Both the position numbers and the translations under genes were made by a program. DNA of 57,668 nt, filler included, from Catajapyx aquilonaris (taxonomy: Eukaryota), in the NCBI GenBank assembly GCA_000934665.2. It is 2 parts of 2 records of this genome, joined end to end, with 100 filler letters (N's around TTAATTAATTAA, not from the genome) between each part and the next. Parts side by side here need not be neighbours in the genome. Positions count along the whole stretch, not along the records: positions 1 to 28,843 come from JYFJ02004878.1; 1 more part is not named here. One strand, 5' to 3'. Under the pieces are notes generated by a model. That model had not been told where the DNA came from. It was given only the letters and a program-made list of their open reading frames with translations, and did not search any database. Shown piece by piece: positions 1 to 13,446 of this stretch (within the stretch, counting starts at the first letter, position 1; each line of letters begins with the position of its first letter).

Positions 1-3000
1 CTTTTAAAATAATCCGCAGAATTTTTTAAGGACGCACCTTTTTGCATTTTTGACGGCAAATATGAATTCTAAGGTGTCGAAAACCTATCTTTTCATATTC
101 GATTCGTACCAGGCATGTCACAAACAGGCCCACGGAAACCCATGTGTATATTAAGAAAACTTGTTGAAGTTATCATGCTAGATCTACTTTTGACATGCCT
201 GGTGACTCCGTGGGCCTACCATTCTGGGCAGGGAGGGGGGGGGTCAAAGTCCAGGAGCCCTGGGGCCTTTCTTCGCACCCACCCCAACCCAAGGTGATAA
301 ATGAGGAACAGAAAGAGTTGACCCCCTGAAGAAGCCACGCCTCTGGGAGGGACAAAGGTTCCCTTCTTGGTTCGGCCTAGTCGCGCCAGAGGGAAACTAA
401 TCTCAACACTTCCCTGGTCCATCAGAGGTTCAGTCACGGCAGAGGACTTGTCACATGCTCTCAGTTATTAGCTCTTGCTGGCACTGACTTCCTGCCTTTG
501 TGTCTACAGTACAACTCCTTTGCAAAAAGATCAATTAATTAGTTCACAATATCATGCTCAAAATAATTCATAAGGCGGCCAAGAACAAGTTTCTCGGAGT
601 ACAAAATTAAGCTAATTCTCAGCCTTCTAAGAGCATCTAGTAACGCCATAAGAATAACAATAGGCTCGCCCAATTGAATGATCCAAGGAATGATCCCATT
701 AGTTTGTAATAAATTATTATCAAACTTTTAACTCACCTGTTTTTAAACTTTGTAACATATCAAAAATGACAATATTTTGTAATACCTCGTAGTATTATTT
801 TGTGTTTATTATAACAACCAGTTGCCACACTACCATGGGAGCATCCCATACGTTGCAGGTTACATAGTTACCCATGGGACTTGAAATAATGGTCATTCCT
901 CACTCATTGAACATCCGGGAGAGAAGCCAGTAGAGTAACGAGTCATCACCCCCCTTCCATCAGAAGCGACACTCCATCCGTCTCTCTAGGGCCGAACCCA
1001 GCCTGACAACCCTGTATTTATTCCCCGCAAGTACCCACACGTTTTTGGTATCAAGACACGCGATATTATAAGCGATCGATGGACCACATTCCCCTCTATT
1101 TCCTGCAAAACCCTCCCCACTCTCGTTGAGAGCCACTGTCGCAAGCCCACAGCCTACCCGAGCAGCACAGCCTCAGTCGGGTTACTCTAGGTGCTCCGGA
1201 CCCATCCTCACACATGCAGCTACCCGTGTCGATGACCCATGATGGATATGGAGAGATGGTTTGGAGAGCGTCGATTCTTGTGGTTCGGTCCTCCTCAGCC
1301 ACCGGCCAAGAAGAGGTAAGATTCTCTTACGATGTGAGAGACACTGATTTATAACTGAGAAGACAGGTTTGTGGGACTGCGACTTCAACAATGTCACATC
1401 ATTCTGTTACCAGTGAAATGCCGACTGTTATGCAATTTCTATTTTTTTCTAGCCAAATGAAATTATAATTATGTAATGTAATAACTTCAAATAATGATTT
1501 GTGAAAATATAAACGGTAATGCAAAATGTTGCTATAAAGTGCACGAATCTCAAGAATGATGTTTTATTATTATACCGATACGTTATAAGAAGTCCAATCT
1601 TTACTCTATAGTTTAGCATTCTTGTAGGCCCTACTATTCATGGAATTAAACTTTGCGCAGGCTAAAAATACTTAAATACCCTAATAAAACACAAAGATTA
1701 AGCGTGTCTCTAATCAATGGCGGTGTTAAAAGTAGCAAATTCTCGTAAAAATCAATCTTAAAGCAGCTGAAAAGCAGTAAGATAGGGTAATTCGGAACCA
1801 CCTTACATCAACGATATCTGAAATGTTCCTAATGCATCAGTGCTGATAATGACATTTAAAAGCTAATAAACCCACATTTTCTTCAACAATTTATGGTGTA
1901 AAATGGCTATAATATGCGTCTTTTTTTATGTCATGCAAAGTGGCATAAAGTAGATCTTCTATCTCTCCAAAGATGCATTATGTTGAAAAAGGCAGAAGAA
2001 AAAAACCTTTCCCGAACCCGATATTTGGTCTAAAACCCAGCAATTTATTATTGTCATGAACTTGACATGTTCGAAAAAATGTAATTGATGGCACTTTTTC
2101 CCATGCCTTGAATAATATTATTCTTCACGTCACATTCACTGACAGCGGAAGCAGCCTTAATTATGCATGCCCTGCACTTCAGGATATTTCTCTGTCATTT
2201 GCGCACTTGAACATCATTTCACATGGGTACTGTAACCATAAGTAATATCGAATTTCTTTTGTCCGAAAGAACGTGTATTCGGAAGCACGATAATACAGTT
2301 CACTATAGGAATTCAATTGTTTACACCGGTTTACACTATAGAATGATATGCAAGTAATTAGCTAACACATTATTCGTATGAGCAGATTTAAAGTGTCTGA
2401 TTGCAACTTTTACATCGCTGCGTAATCTAAGCAGAAACATTGTACATAACACAATAACGCATGATCAATGAAAACGTATTATGTGTAACGGTACTCAATG
2501 TATTCTATAGAGCGACCGTATGACATCACATTCAGATGACACTCGTGGTGTGTTTAGGCTTAAAAATCGAAGATGCGTGACTAGCGTTCATAAAACGTTG
2601 ATGTCCAGAAATAAGAAATGGACGTCGAAACGTTACGTATCCTTCCGCTGGAATTTAGCATCTACTTCGCCCACACTATATAAGATCTACACTTCTTACG
2701 TGCACTAACTTCACAGAAATGCGCTCTAAAATTACCCCTTGCCCACTGGGGGGCCGTATAAATCACATTTTATCGACACCTTGTCAGATTCTAAATATAA
2801 GTCGATGATAATGAATCAGAACACCACGTTTTTCAATCTGGATCAGCATGCAAAAGTGAATAAGGTTATTCCGGGGTCTTAAGATGCCCTGTGTGCAATA
2901 CCCATGATTGGAGTGGATTCAAAGGAGTGTGTCTGGATGCCATGATGAAACAAACGTGGCTGTAGTGCCATTACAGCGAATCCTGCGTGATTGTAGAAAC

Positions 3001-6000
3001 TTTTCGTGACCAGACTTGAGAAAGCGGTCGTTGGCTCACCGTCATTTCATTTTTGACTTCACTCCACGAAGTTGAAAAACCAAGAGCTGCCTCTACCGGC
3101 AATGCGATTTAAATCGTTTAAAATGATGGAATTACCTTACATAATAAAGCCAAATCGGAAATGTTGCGCAAAAGATGCCCAACTCTATTTAAGCAATCAG
3201 GAATGATGGGTACATAAATAGCCATTAATGGATTTTGTATTTTTCCTCAGTAGTTTCCCGATAATTGGGTCGAAATGTGCTACAACCCGGTTTCCAGTAA
3301 GGCGAATTGTTACTGTAGTCATTTCGTTCGAAGCAATCATGTTAGAACATGAGTTCAAAGCCCTCCAAAGCTATGTCGTTGAAGGCCACTCAAGGTCACA
3401 TTGCATAAGCAATTAGAAGGTTTTCTTGCAGTTATCGCCACACCACTGACCGCAGCATGGAGAAGGTCAACAGTCAAAGTTTGAGTAACTTTGTTCGTGT
3501 CATATGCATCAATAAAAATAATGCAGGCAACGAGGCTCTACTGTATAATTGCGAATACTGCACCATGGACATAATTATGGAAAAGGAGCTTCTAATGCTC
3601 CAGAAATGTTCAAAGCTCATACGAACATCACATAATTATATAGGAAAGGTACTCACTTCCTCTTGGATTTAGTCTCCTTGCGAATTTCTAAGGCAAAATT
3701 ATCCTGGTCTATTTTGACCATTTTGAATTCATTATAATTCCAAGCGTGTTATACGGATACGGCATACGTATACAGATACAGATTTTAAGCATGAACTCCT
3801 ATACATTAACATGATTGGGGGTACTGCCTAACCCCTATTTATCATAGCAACGTAATGGTTGAACGTGAGCATGTTGAAACCTCCTTATACGTAAAAAACT
3901 TGCACACGTGTCTGTATTCCGGCTGTGGAGGTGTGGCAGCTTGTATGTTGCTAAGCATGCAAGCCACACATTTCCTTCATACAGTGACGTAATAATCAAG
4001 AGGTTTACAGTAATGATGATCCGCCTCATTAACAGTATTGTATAATGTTGTAGAATGTTACTCCAATAAGGAACCAGAAAAAACTTCGAGTTACGGAAGA
4101 TTCTACATAATTAGAGAACATTGAAAATTATCGCAGTACAAGTGTACTGTACGTACCGAGGTACGTGCAGTATATCAAGTACATGTGAAGATTTTATCTC
4201 CATTGCTTAAGGTAAATAAACAAAGACCTGGCCTCCCGTATTGTTACGTCACTTCATTGTCCGTGATGGACCTTTGGTGACACGTACGATGCCTTTAGCC
4301 CTGAATAAATGATTCTGCATACTGTATAGTCATTATAAAGATGCAAAAACGTCATCTGGCTCGTCTCCATTAAAAGATTATTTTAGTATCATGCTTTTAA
4401 CAATATATTAGGCGGATGGAAAAATTCCACCCTAATCAGGAACAAACTTCGACTTGTGAAGATTTCATAATCTTTAAATTCGTTGTAAATGATTGCCAAC
4501 AAAAATTAAAGTTATGTAGAATTCGAGGTAAAAAATTCGGCTTACAAGAGATTTGAACTCCTACTAATTCACATTGTGACCAATCGATGTCGTAATTTCT
4601 TCGACTTATAGAAAACCTTTCCTGATGGATGTTTCAGATATACTGTACAGAAGGTTCCCTGCTGTGCAGTAAAAATATATCTGCACCCTATGTAGGTCTG
4701 CATACTTGTAATTACAGTTGTTATGCTTTGATACTTGCATATTGACAAAGGTATAGCTTCCCCACTATACAGTTAAGCAGCTTGATGAGAATTATAATTA
4801 TCAAAGCCCAACTTCATAATTAGCCCTTTGACATACCCCACATGCATTGCATGTACAACTTTATGTGCGTATCGTGGACACGAGCTTATTAATTTCCGCG
4901 GAAGTTATTATCGACTGTACTGGAAGTAGGATGTACTTTTCCAGTTAACGTCAAAATAATACCGTCCAATCGCTCAGAGGTCAACAGGCGATAAAACGGT
5001 ATTTACAGCTACCAGTATTAAAATGAGAAATTGTAGTTACCTTACCATATTTCCTACGACAAGCATTTGCAAGTTTTACAACCTAGCAATATTCCCGTCC
5101 AGCCTATTCTCTCAAGCAATTCAAATGTGAAAGGGTTAGATGTGACGTCAGTGTAAAGGCTAAAGAGTAGGCTGTCCGCTGCTAGAAGCCAACATGAGAA
5201 TTAGACTTACAGCGCTATTAGCAACGCCAATTATTATACCTAATTCGATTGACGGAAGAAAGCTATGGTAGGGCCCCCATTATAACCGAAGCGTTCGATT
5301 ACCAGCGGTCAAGGGCGTTTTGGTCAAGAGTCCAGAAAATGCCATAAAAATTTAGGAATTTATATGGTGGGGTTACTTCCGGCTCCAATATACCGTATAA
5401 TTTATGCCTTTTGACATGAACCTTTTTCTGCGCAGTGTGATCTATAAATTTGCATATTCTTCTTATTGCAGTCTAATAATGCAGAGAATCAAAAGCAGAC
5501 ATATTTTTAAATAATCTATTGACATCAATTTTATAAAAGAAACGTTATAAAATGCTGTTATATAAACCATGTCGCCGGTTTCCGGGTCTGCTTTTGCAGG
5601 TGCAAAGTAATGCTATAGGATTTCTGTCACGCTTCAATGTTGCCAGTCCCTATTGTATACATGTGACAGCTACTCATAACTCTTCGCGACGCTATTATGT
5701 AGTGTACTATAAGCCAATACTCTACCCTAATGGATTTTAAGACTAGCAATGCAAGTTTTTCTGACATGTCTCTTCGGCTTCCGAGAACTTCATCTTAAAC
5801 TCTCATTATTTCCACGGAGCATATATATTACCTCCATTTTGATTTGTCATTGTACACTACACACAACTACAACAGTGTAGTTCGATGAGTTGGGCGTAAT
5901 GCGCGCAAATCGATGAGATGTTCTGAGAAATAAATATATTGCATCGTTTGGCATCGCCGCCTTCGCACTGCTGCCCATTTGTGGTTGCATGACTTCGTGG

Positions 6001-6445
6001 TTTTTACTTTCAGAGTCGGAAACTTCTTATGGCATAAGTTGCCATTAAGTGGCTTCGGTTCTACTCATAAAGTGTAATTACGTATAAATAAATTGATCCA
6101 GAATACTCAGCAAATAGCCAGATTTTTTGCTCACATGCTTGATGAATAATATAAAAGGGGTCAATGACAAAGTAACGCAGTTCTAAGTCTTTCTGCACGA
6201 AGTGAGCAAAACAATACAGGCATCTTAGTAACATAATGTTACATAATTATGCAACATATTACCCCTGGAAGAGTATAGAGGACTTCAATATCATATCATC
6301 AATCATTTAAAAACTCGTAAGCCATTTTCAGTTACACTCTCTAAAGCATAATTATTTTTCTTCAGTAATCCATGTGTTTCTTTCGATGGACGCATTCATA
6401 ATTTATTTATACAACCTATTTATAACCTCCTCTAATACTCTACAG

Positions 6446-7757
6446 TAGGGTGGAGCGAAAAAAACGAAAGTTGTCCGATTAAATCGCACGGGGTGTCAAA
6501 AGTTGTGTATGGACAAGTATAACACTGGTGATTTTTTAAGAATTTTCGTACTGCATCTTCATTTGTCGCCAGAGCCTTCAAGTTTCGCAATTTTTGCGAG
6601 AACAACACATATTACATTATGCAACACGATTTTTGACCATGGAAATTAATCGCTATTTCCATGTTGGTTAGGTCACTGGCAACTCATAATTGACCATTAA
6701 TTTTCTCTGGTATTTGTTTTTGACCTTGGGGCAGTTGCAGTCAAAAAACCAAATTCCTCGAAATAGTGCATACGGGTCATTCCAAATCAAGTAAGTCGAA
6801 ATGTTGCTAGACCATCTCGGAATTTGCTGAAAAATATCACAGCTGTACATGACTATGCCATAACACGTCATGCCCAGTTTCAGCCAAATTACGCAATACC
6901 ATTCGGAGGAAAGAAATCGCGAAATTTAGGAAAATAGTGAAAACCAGGCCCTTTCGGATGATTTTTTCGGTTCGTGGAAGTGGTCAAACCCCAATAAGCA
7001 ATACATCAAATGAAAGAGGATCACGAAGGGAATGCGTCTTTATTAGTTTTCCTCTAAAGTGTAACCAGAAAAATGTGCGTGGCATTCCATCGGTCACGTG
7101 CTCGGTCACATGTCCAAGAATTTTTAAATTTTCTGGTTACACTTTAGAGGAAAGCTAATTGCATAGACGAATTCCCTTCGTGATCCTCTTTCATTTGATG
7201 TATTGCTTATTGGGGTTTGACCACTTCCACGAACCGAAAAAATTATCCGAAAGGGCCTGATTTTCACTATTTTCCTAAATTTCGCGATTTTATTCCTCCG
7301 AATAGTATTGCGTAATTTGGCTGAAACTGGGCATGACGTGTTATGGCAGTCATGTACAGCTGTGATATTTTTCAGCAAATTCCGAGATGGTCTAGCAACA
7401 TTTCGACTTACTTGATTTGGAATGACCCGTATGCACTATTTCGAGGAATTTGGTTTTTTGACTGCAACTGCCCCAAGGTCAAAAACAAATACCAGAGAAA
7501 ATGAATGGTCAATTATGAGTTGCCAGTGACCTAACCAACATGGAAATAGCGATTAATTTCCATGGACAAAAATCGTGCTGCATAATGTAATATGTGTTGT
7601 TCTCGCAAAAATTGCGAAACTTGAAGGCTCTGGCGACAAATGAAGATGAAGTACGAAAATTCTAAAAAAAATCACCAGTGTTATACTTGTCCATACACAA
7701 CTTTTGACACCCCGTGCGATTTAATCGGACAACTTTTGTTTTTTTCGCTCCACCCTA
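6446..7757. mobile_element. 1.3-kb near-perfect palindromic non-autonomous DNA transposon, hAT-like
   Basis: Arms about 6446-7072 and 7129-7757 are reverse complements. Ends are TAGGGTGGAGCG...CGCTCCACCCTA, flanked by an 8-bp TSD CTCTACAG/CTCTGCAG with one mismatch. No transposase ORF. Confidence 0.9.
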
Positions 7758-10132
7758 CTCTGCAGTACAAGTGTCTGGCAATACAAAGCGTATTACTGTT
7801 TGCCTAACGTGTTTCTAAGGTTTTAAATCAATCTAAATTCATGCAATATCAAACTTGATAGGATCAATCCAAAACTAAAAGGCCCCTTGTGGGTTGTTGT
7901 GTGCACAGGATTATACTGTACGTCGAGTGGTATAAGCCCCGTACGATATCCACAAGTTGAACTTTGTCACCATGATTAATTAACCAATGTCACAATGGCT
8001 GAGCATACACTGGTTGCAACGTCGCTATAAAGACTACATTGAAAAATACAGCCTAGTCAGTTGACTTCCCAGGGTAGTCAGTAGAGAATATGCAGTTTGA
8101 TTCCCCACTTGACCACCCTGGCCAATCAACTTAGTACTCTCTGCAGGGAAGTCAAATTACTCCCACTTCCCACGGAACTGTTAAAACACTAGCACGCAAT
8201 GAGCTGCTTTATACACCATACTCGTCCCACACAGTATATCCGTGAGATGAATCAACCGCTCCAGCAACGGACACTTGTGATACTGTACGAGAATATCATA
8301 CTCAACAGCCTCCCTTATTAGCGAGTCCATTATTTTCCCCGCCTCCAGTGCGAGCCTGGTCAACTGATCCCCTGCCCAATCATTTGACCTCCAGTCACCT
8401 GATGAAGGGTAGTCCTTTTATACTCAAGTTAGTTTGCCAGCCTCCAGTGTAGGCCTGTTCAATCGACTCCCTTGCCTAGTCAATTCTTTTATTCGTTTAC
8501 AGTACTTGCAGACTTCTTCCCTTTCGTGGATTTTAATGCCGTTTGCTTGATCGTCGATGAATACTTCGGGGTGGAAAACGCAGAAGGCGGGTGGTGATGC
8601 TGTTGTAGCTGTCTTTTCATTCGTGTATGCCTGCGTATGTGTTCGATGTGGGGTCATCTGAACCCGGGGTCTCCCGTACCCCATCGTCGTCTTCGCGGTT
8701 TTATTTCCTTTCTTTTAGTGTAGCTTTATGATCTCGTTGAGCGGTGTCTCGACCCACTCTCGGCAGGGTGCGGGTTTCATTGTTTCGTGTTGCTCGTCGT
8801 CACTGTCCGTCATTGTCTTTTCCAATGTTTGGCTTGGGTCCCCCTGGGGTTTTAGTCTGCTTTGGGTTTTATTAGGTTCTAAGTCTTCGCTTTTGTCGCT
8901 TACTGCGTGCGGGGGTCTCCACGGGAGTGTGTTAGGGGCGTCCCTGGCGGGGTCGACGTATACGTACGTCGACGGGGTCAGGGCGCCTGTAGTGGTTTCT
9001 TTGTTGAGGGGTTCCGTGTCTGTCGTTTTGTCATCGTCTGTCTCTGTTGTTCGTGTTCGCTCTTTCTTTTGCTTTGCTTATTTCTTTTCCCGACATTTTG
9101 TTTTTTGGCAGTCTATTCATTTGTTTTCTCTAAGGACTTTTCTTTCGTTACTGTCCATTGTTTTTCTCACTTCCTGAGTGATTCTTTTTGGATACATTTG
9201 CATTAATTTGAATTCTAGGGACTTAACTGGCTCTTCAAGCTGACCCCATTTTGGTATTCACAGTTATACTTTAGGCGTTCATTTGGCCCTTCAGGCGTTA
9301 CGCACAGTGTCCATAGACGGTTTTGAATCCTGATCGGGTTGGAGGTCGAAGAGGCTATGTCGGGCCGATCTCCCTAAACTTAACTTTTCAAGTAGGCCTA
9401 CTTGCAGACTCAATTGACTACCTATAAGGTAGTCATCTGACAAGGCCATTTTCCTGTGCGTAACTGAATAGGCTTTGCGTCCGGGAAAGCTTATCTGACG
9501 TGCAGTTGTGAGAAGGCCATGATATACAGTGCTTTGGCTCTTCCGCTTTTATGGATTTTCGTAATCGTTGTCATTTTTAGACCGGTAATGAGAAAATTGG
9601 GATCAACGCTAATACCAATATTACGCTTCCCTCTTCTTCAGCTTCATCCTTCACTGTGATATACGGTACCTTTAGTATAGATTTTTAGTCAAGTACCATA
9701 CTGTATTTATACAAGACTGCAAGTCTTATATGCTGAAAATTCAAAATTGATGGATGTAGGAGCACTCAAATTGAGATGTTGGTGATAAAAAATTTTGTAA
9801 TTTCCCTCTGTAACTTGCCCAATTTTATTATGCAATGGGTTGCATTAAATACAAAATATAATCACCTTCTCTCTTATTGTCGCACTTGACATAGGAAGAA
9901 TCATCACTACATTTCACACAAAATAACGTTCAAGAGACATCTAGTGAGTTTTAAGTCTTACTGCTAAATAATATACATTAGGGTCCAGCATGCTACTACA
10001 GTATATTTAGGATTATACAAGTAGCTCTGAGATTCCTGGTTTTACTTGGTTTTGATGGCTATGACTTTAGCTAAAAGAAGAAAAAAACCAAAGTCATTTT
10101 GGCATGAGAGTAAAGCGATGCTGGCAATAATA

Positions 10133-10210
<78 letters not shown>
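10133..10210. repeat. (TAT)26 microsatellite
   Basis: Read directly. Confidence 0.98.
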
Positions 10211-10346
10211 CACGCCACACGTTTATAGTGTAGCAATATGATCGAGTTCGACTCTGGCAACAATTTTTAAAATAGCAGACAAGTAACAGCTTAGGATATC
10301 AGATTGATAATGTTATTTGTTGTCATGTCAACTACATGTCTCTATA

Positions 10347-10776
10347 CAGGGTGTAATTGAATTGACCAGTCAGACATGTACCCTTGGCTTAATTGTCACC
10401 AGAGGATCATGTTATGTAGAGGAGTCATTATGTCTGGGCAGCCTCATTACTGAGATAATTATTGATCATTTGAGATTTAGCGATTGGGCCTAAGAGTGAT
10501 TGTCAAATAGCAGTGACAAGTGCGTGTCAGTGTGTGCTGGTGTGTGCCATGCGACATGCAAGTAGCCGAATGGAAATGCTGCTATTACTTGACTGGTGAT
10601 GCGATTTCCTGGCTGAAGGTTTCCATACCTCCCAGGAAACTTTGTACTTGTCGTTTGAAGGCAATTATCTCAGTAATGAGGCTGCCCTGACATAATGACT
10701 TCTCTACATAACATGATCCTCTGGTGACAATTAAGCCACGGGTACAGGCCTGACTGGTCGATTCAATGACACCCTG
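10347..10776. mobile_element. Tc1/mariner-type MITE with about 115-bp TIRs
   Basis: TA|CAGGGTGT...ACACCCTG|TA; arms about 10347-10460 and 10663-10776 are complementary. Confidence 0.88.
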
Positions 10777-13208
10777 TATACGGTTCATATGCGAATTGTT
10801 AGAGGCACCACTTAAAATGTTTTCTACTAAATAGACCTGAGTGTCTTCAAATACATATTTTGAAACCACCATCTTCAATGCATGAAATGATGCACTTTAG
10901 TAGGATGGTTTGTTATGCATCAGTTATATTCTGAATGACAAAACGAGTATCCTTAAAACCGATAAAAGCAGACGCAAATAATTTACTACTGTACTAGAAT
11001 AGCGGGTGTTTACGGTTTTGAATATTTCTGCCAGTAAAATATCATAGCTTGTAACTAAAGTCGCAAAGTTGAGGACAAACGTTCCCCTTAGCACTCTATC
11101 ATGGTGAAGGTTAGGGGGGAAATAAAAACATCTTAATTTTTCTAACGTGCTCATTGAAGTTGGTGCAAAAATATTTTGAGACATACAGGACCTACTGCAT
11201 TGCCTTATATTAATACCTGCCACCTTGTCATAAAGCCTAAGGGGTCGTGCAAATACCACGTGGCCGTTTTGGCGGGAGGGGGGGGGGGCTGATATACCAC
11301 GGTTGGTCCACCACGGAGGTCGGCGAAAATTCACGTGGTACCTCTGAACACGGTGAATGGGCACATATGGGAGCTTTTACAGATGCACATGGGTTCAAAA
11401 TAACGTAAAATTCGAAATCAGCGACCCCTAAAACATGGGGAGACATGTTTTTTTACGTGCTTAAACAGTTTAGTTGAGGAGCTATCGATTTCGATCGCGT
11501 TTTTTCTGATTGCGTTTTTCTGATTGCGAAAACATTTGAAAACATGCTAGAGGACAGTACAACGAATGTTCTGAGCATTTCATTTTCCAAATCTGGTAAC
11601 AATTGACGAACGTTTCCCCCTCCCTGCCAGTTGTCGTTAGCCACTGATTTTCTCAAAAACCTCAGACCAATAAACCAACGAATTTTGCATAAAAGAATTA
11701 ACCCAGGTGGTTTGCGCGAACTTGCACGTATAAAACTTGAGAAACAAACTGCATGCATCAACAAAAAAACAATAAGGAATACGATATCTAAAAAGAGGAA
11801 GGACACTTGTCCCGGTGCCATTTGTGTTGGTGTGGCTGTGTGGCTTTAGGGTGGCTGCTCCATTACAGTCCGTCTGGTGCTCAGAAGACCAAGGAATTGC
11901 CAATCTGTATCTTGTTAATTGAAGGACAGGGCGATTTCCTGCGATATATGTAGCCTATACTTCACAAGTGCACATTGAGGTAACCAGCGCCTGAGTTTCC
12001 TATGCTCGCCATTCCTGCCCACGTTCCTTCAGATTACTTGCCCTGTGAAAAATAACTTCTCATTCTACCAGGAATGGTCGAATACTGCACGTTCGCCTTC
12101 ATAGCCTACTGCCGCAATCAAATAAATGCAAGCTCTTGATTCATTACTGCACATTAAGTATGAGTAATAGCCCCAATGCCCGGTGTGTTTAGTAGGCAGA
12201 TTAATAAATATTGCACCATGCCGGCAAGTGCTGGCTCTGTTTAATGTACAACAATCACGCCAAGAAGTAACCCACTGTAATATTCGCCATATGTGCCATC
12301 TACTGTGCGGAATATTAACTATTCAAGAAGGCAGCATAGGTCTGCCCTCCCAATGAAGAATGTATTAACCACCAAGCACGTTCCACTCAAAAGCTCACCA
12401 ACTTCACAAACAGCAGAACCCAAACACTAAATCACTTTAAAATAAAAAATTATAACTTCTACATTAGGCAAAACCATGTCATCTATTCTTAGCAGCCGTC
12501 GATGATAATGAAACCACTTTTAATATTAGTATTGGTATCTAGTTGGGATCATCTCAAGCAAAGTGCAACTTTTTATCTCATCCTTTAAAAATGTCAGTAA
12601 AATTCTTGTGTTAGGACCTAATAAAGTAACGTTACGAATAATGGATATCGTCAATACACTCCCTATCATTACAATGAAATGGTAAAAACGGACAATTTTC
12701 CTGATTTGTTCTTCTACATTTGCACATCCAAATATCCATTTAAATATTGCCCCGAGGAAGTAACACTAAAAATAAACATTGAAAAAAATGTCTGGTGTGT
12801 CGACCTACCCTCTCATTACATCCCCCATAAAACGACCCCCCTCTCTCCACTATAATTCATTCAGGTCGATAAAGTTCGCGCGAGTTACCTCCCGTGTTTC
12901 TTCTCTTCCGGGGGCACACCGGACCAGGTCAACGACCCTCCTGACTTATTCAAGCACCGTTGTCAACAGGTCCCCCCCCCCCCCACACAAGCTCCTCAAA
13001 ACACATCAAATCCATCCACAAGACTCGCTATCCAACCAATAAAAAATATATAATATACCACACACCTGTATTTAAGACTTACAATATGACCATTTAAAAT
13101 TTGGAAACACCGCTTCAACATGTCCAACCCTACGTGGTACCCTATCGAAACAAAAGTAAACGGAAATAATCCAGTTCCTATGTATTGACGGGCTTGGCCT
13201 TTGCAATG

Positions 13209-13222
13209 GTCTCCATGGCAAC
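13209..13222 (+). promoter_or_regulatory. RFX X-box (GTCTCCATGGCAAC)
   Basis: 14/14 match to the ciliary X-box consensus GTHNYYATRRNAAC, about 225 bp upstream of a strong donor at 13447 and 1.5 kb upstream of the CDKL1 ATG. Confidence 0.75.
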
Positions 13223-13249
13223 CCGAATCAAAAACAAAGCGAGTTGGCC

Positions 13250-13446
13250 TCTGCGCACTGCCTCAGACCTTTCCTTCGCTGCACACCAGGAAGGGTCAGA
13301 CCCCTAAAAGGTTGGCCCATGGATTTTCGGCCCTCCAGGATCAGACTGGTGTCCCACAGGGGATTCGGGAATGGCGGGACGTGACCTCCGACCTGTTCAG
13401 TGCTGAACTGAGGCGAGAGGCCTTTTCTGGGGGCTAGACGTGGCAG
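13250..13446 (+). other. Probable non-coding first (5'UTR) exon of CDKL1; start approximate
   Basis: GC-richer island after the X-box ending at CAG|GTAAGG (13447). The CDKL1 ATG exon has an acceptor at 14723 that needs an upstream donor. An in-frame TGA excludes an N-terminal extension. Confidence 0.55.

Noticed and set aside
108..203. 13-bp inverted repeat ACCAGGCATGTCA/TGACATGCCTGGT
   Set aside because: hAT-like, but with no TSD and too short to call an element.
300..460. CTGAAGA motif suggesting a Penelope-type hammerhead ribozyme
   Set aside because: No GAAA core at the proper position and the stems do not close.
1240..1321. Short plus-strand ORF ending PPAKKR at a GTAAGA donor
   Set aside because: No downstream partner exon or homology recognised.
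6937..7378. Mirrored ORFs on opposite strands (also 25484-25681 and 27725-27922)
   Set aside because: By-products of palindromic TE arms, with no protein motifs.
3136..9906. Chain of phase-compatible minus-strand micro-exons (about 9867-9906, 5046-5082, 3657-3687, 3136-3184)
   Set aside because: No recognisable protein, weak acceptors, and one overlaps the possible plus-strand transposase fossil; chance is likely.
10046..10228. Poly-Tyr ORF, and the poly-Ile/Asn ORFs at 25157-25494 and 27927-28124
   Set aside because: Translations of (TAT)n microsatellites.
11237..11450. Harbinger-like end TAAGGGGTCGTGCAAATACCACGTGG
   Set aside because: No matching second TIR found; boundaries unsupported.
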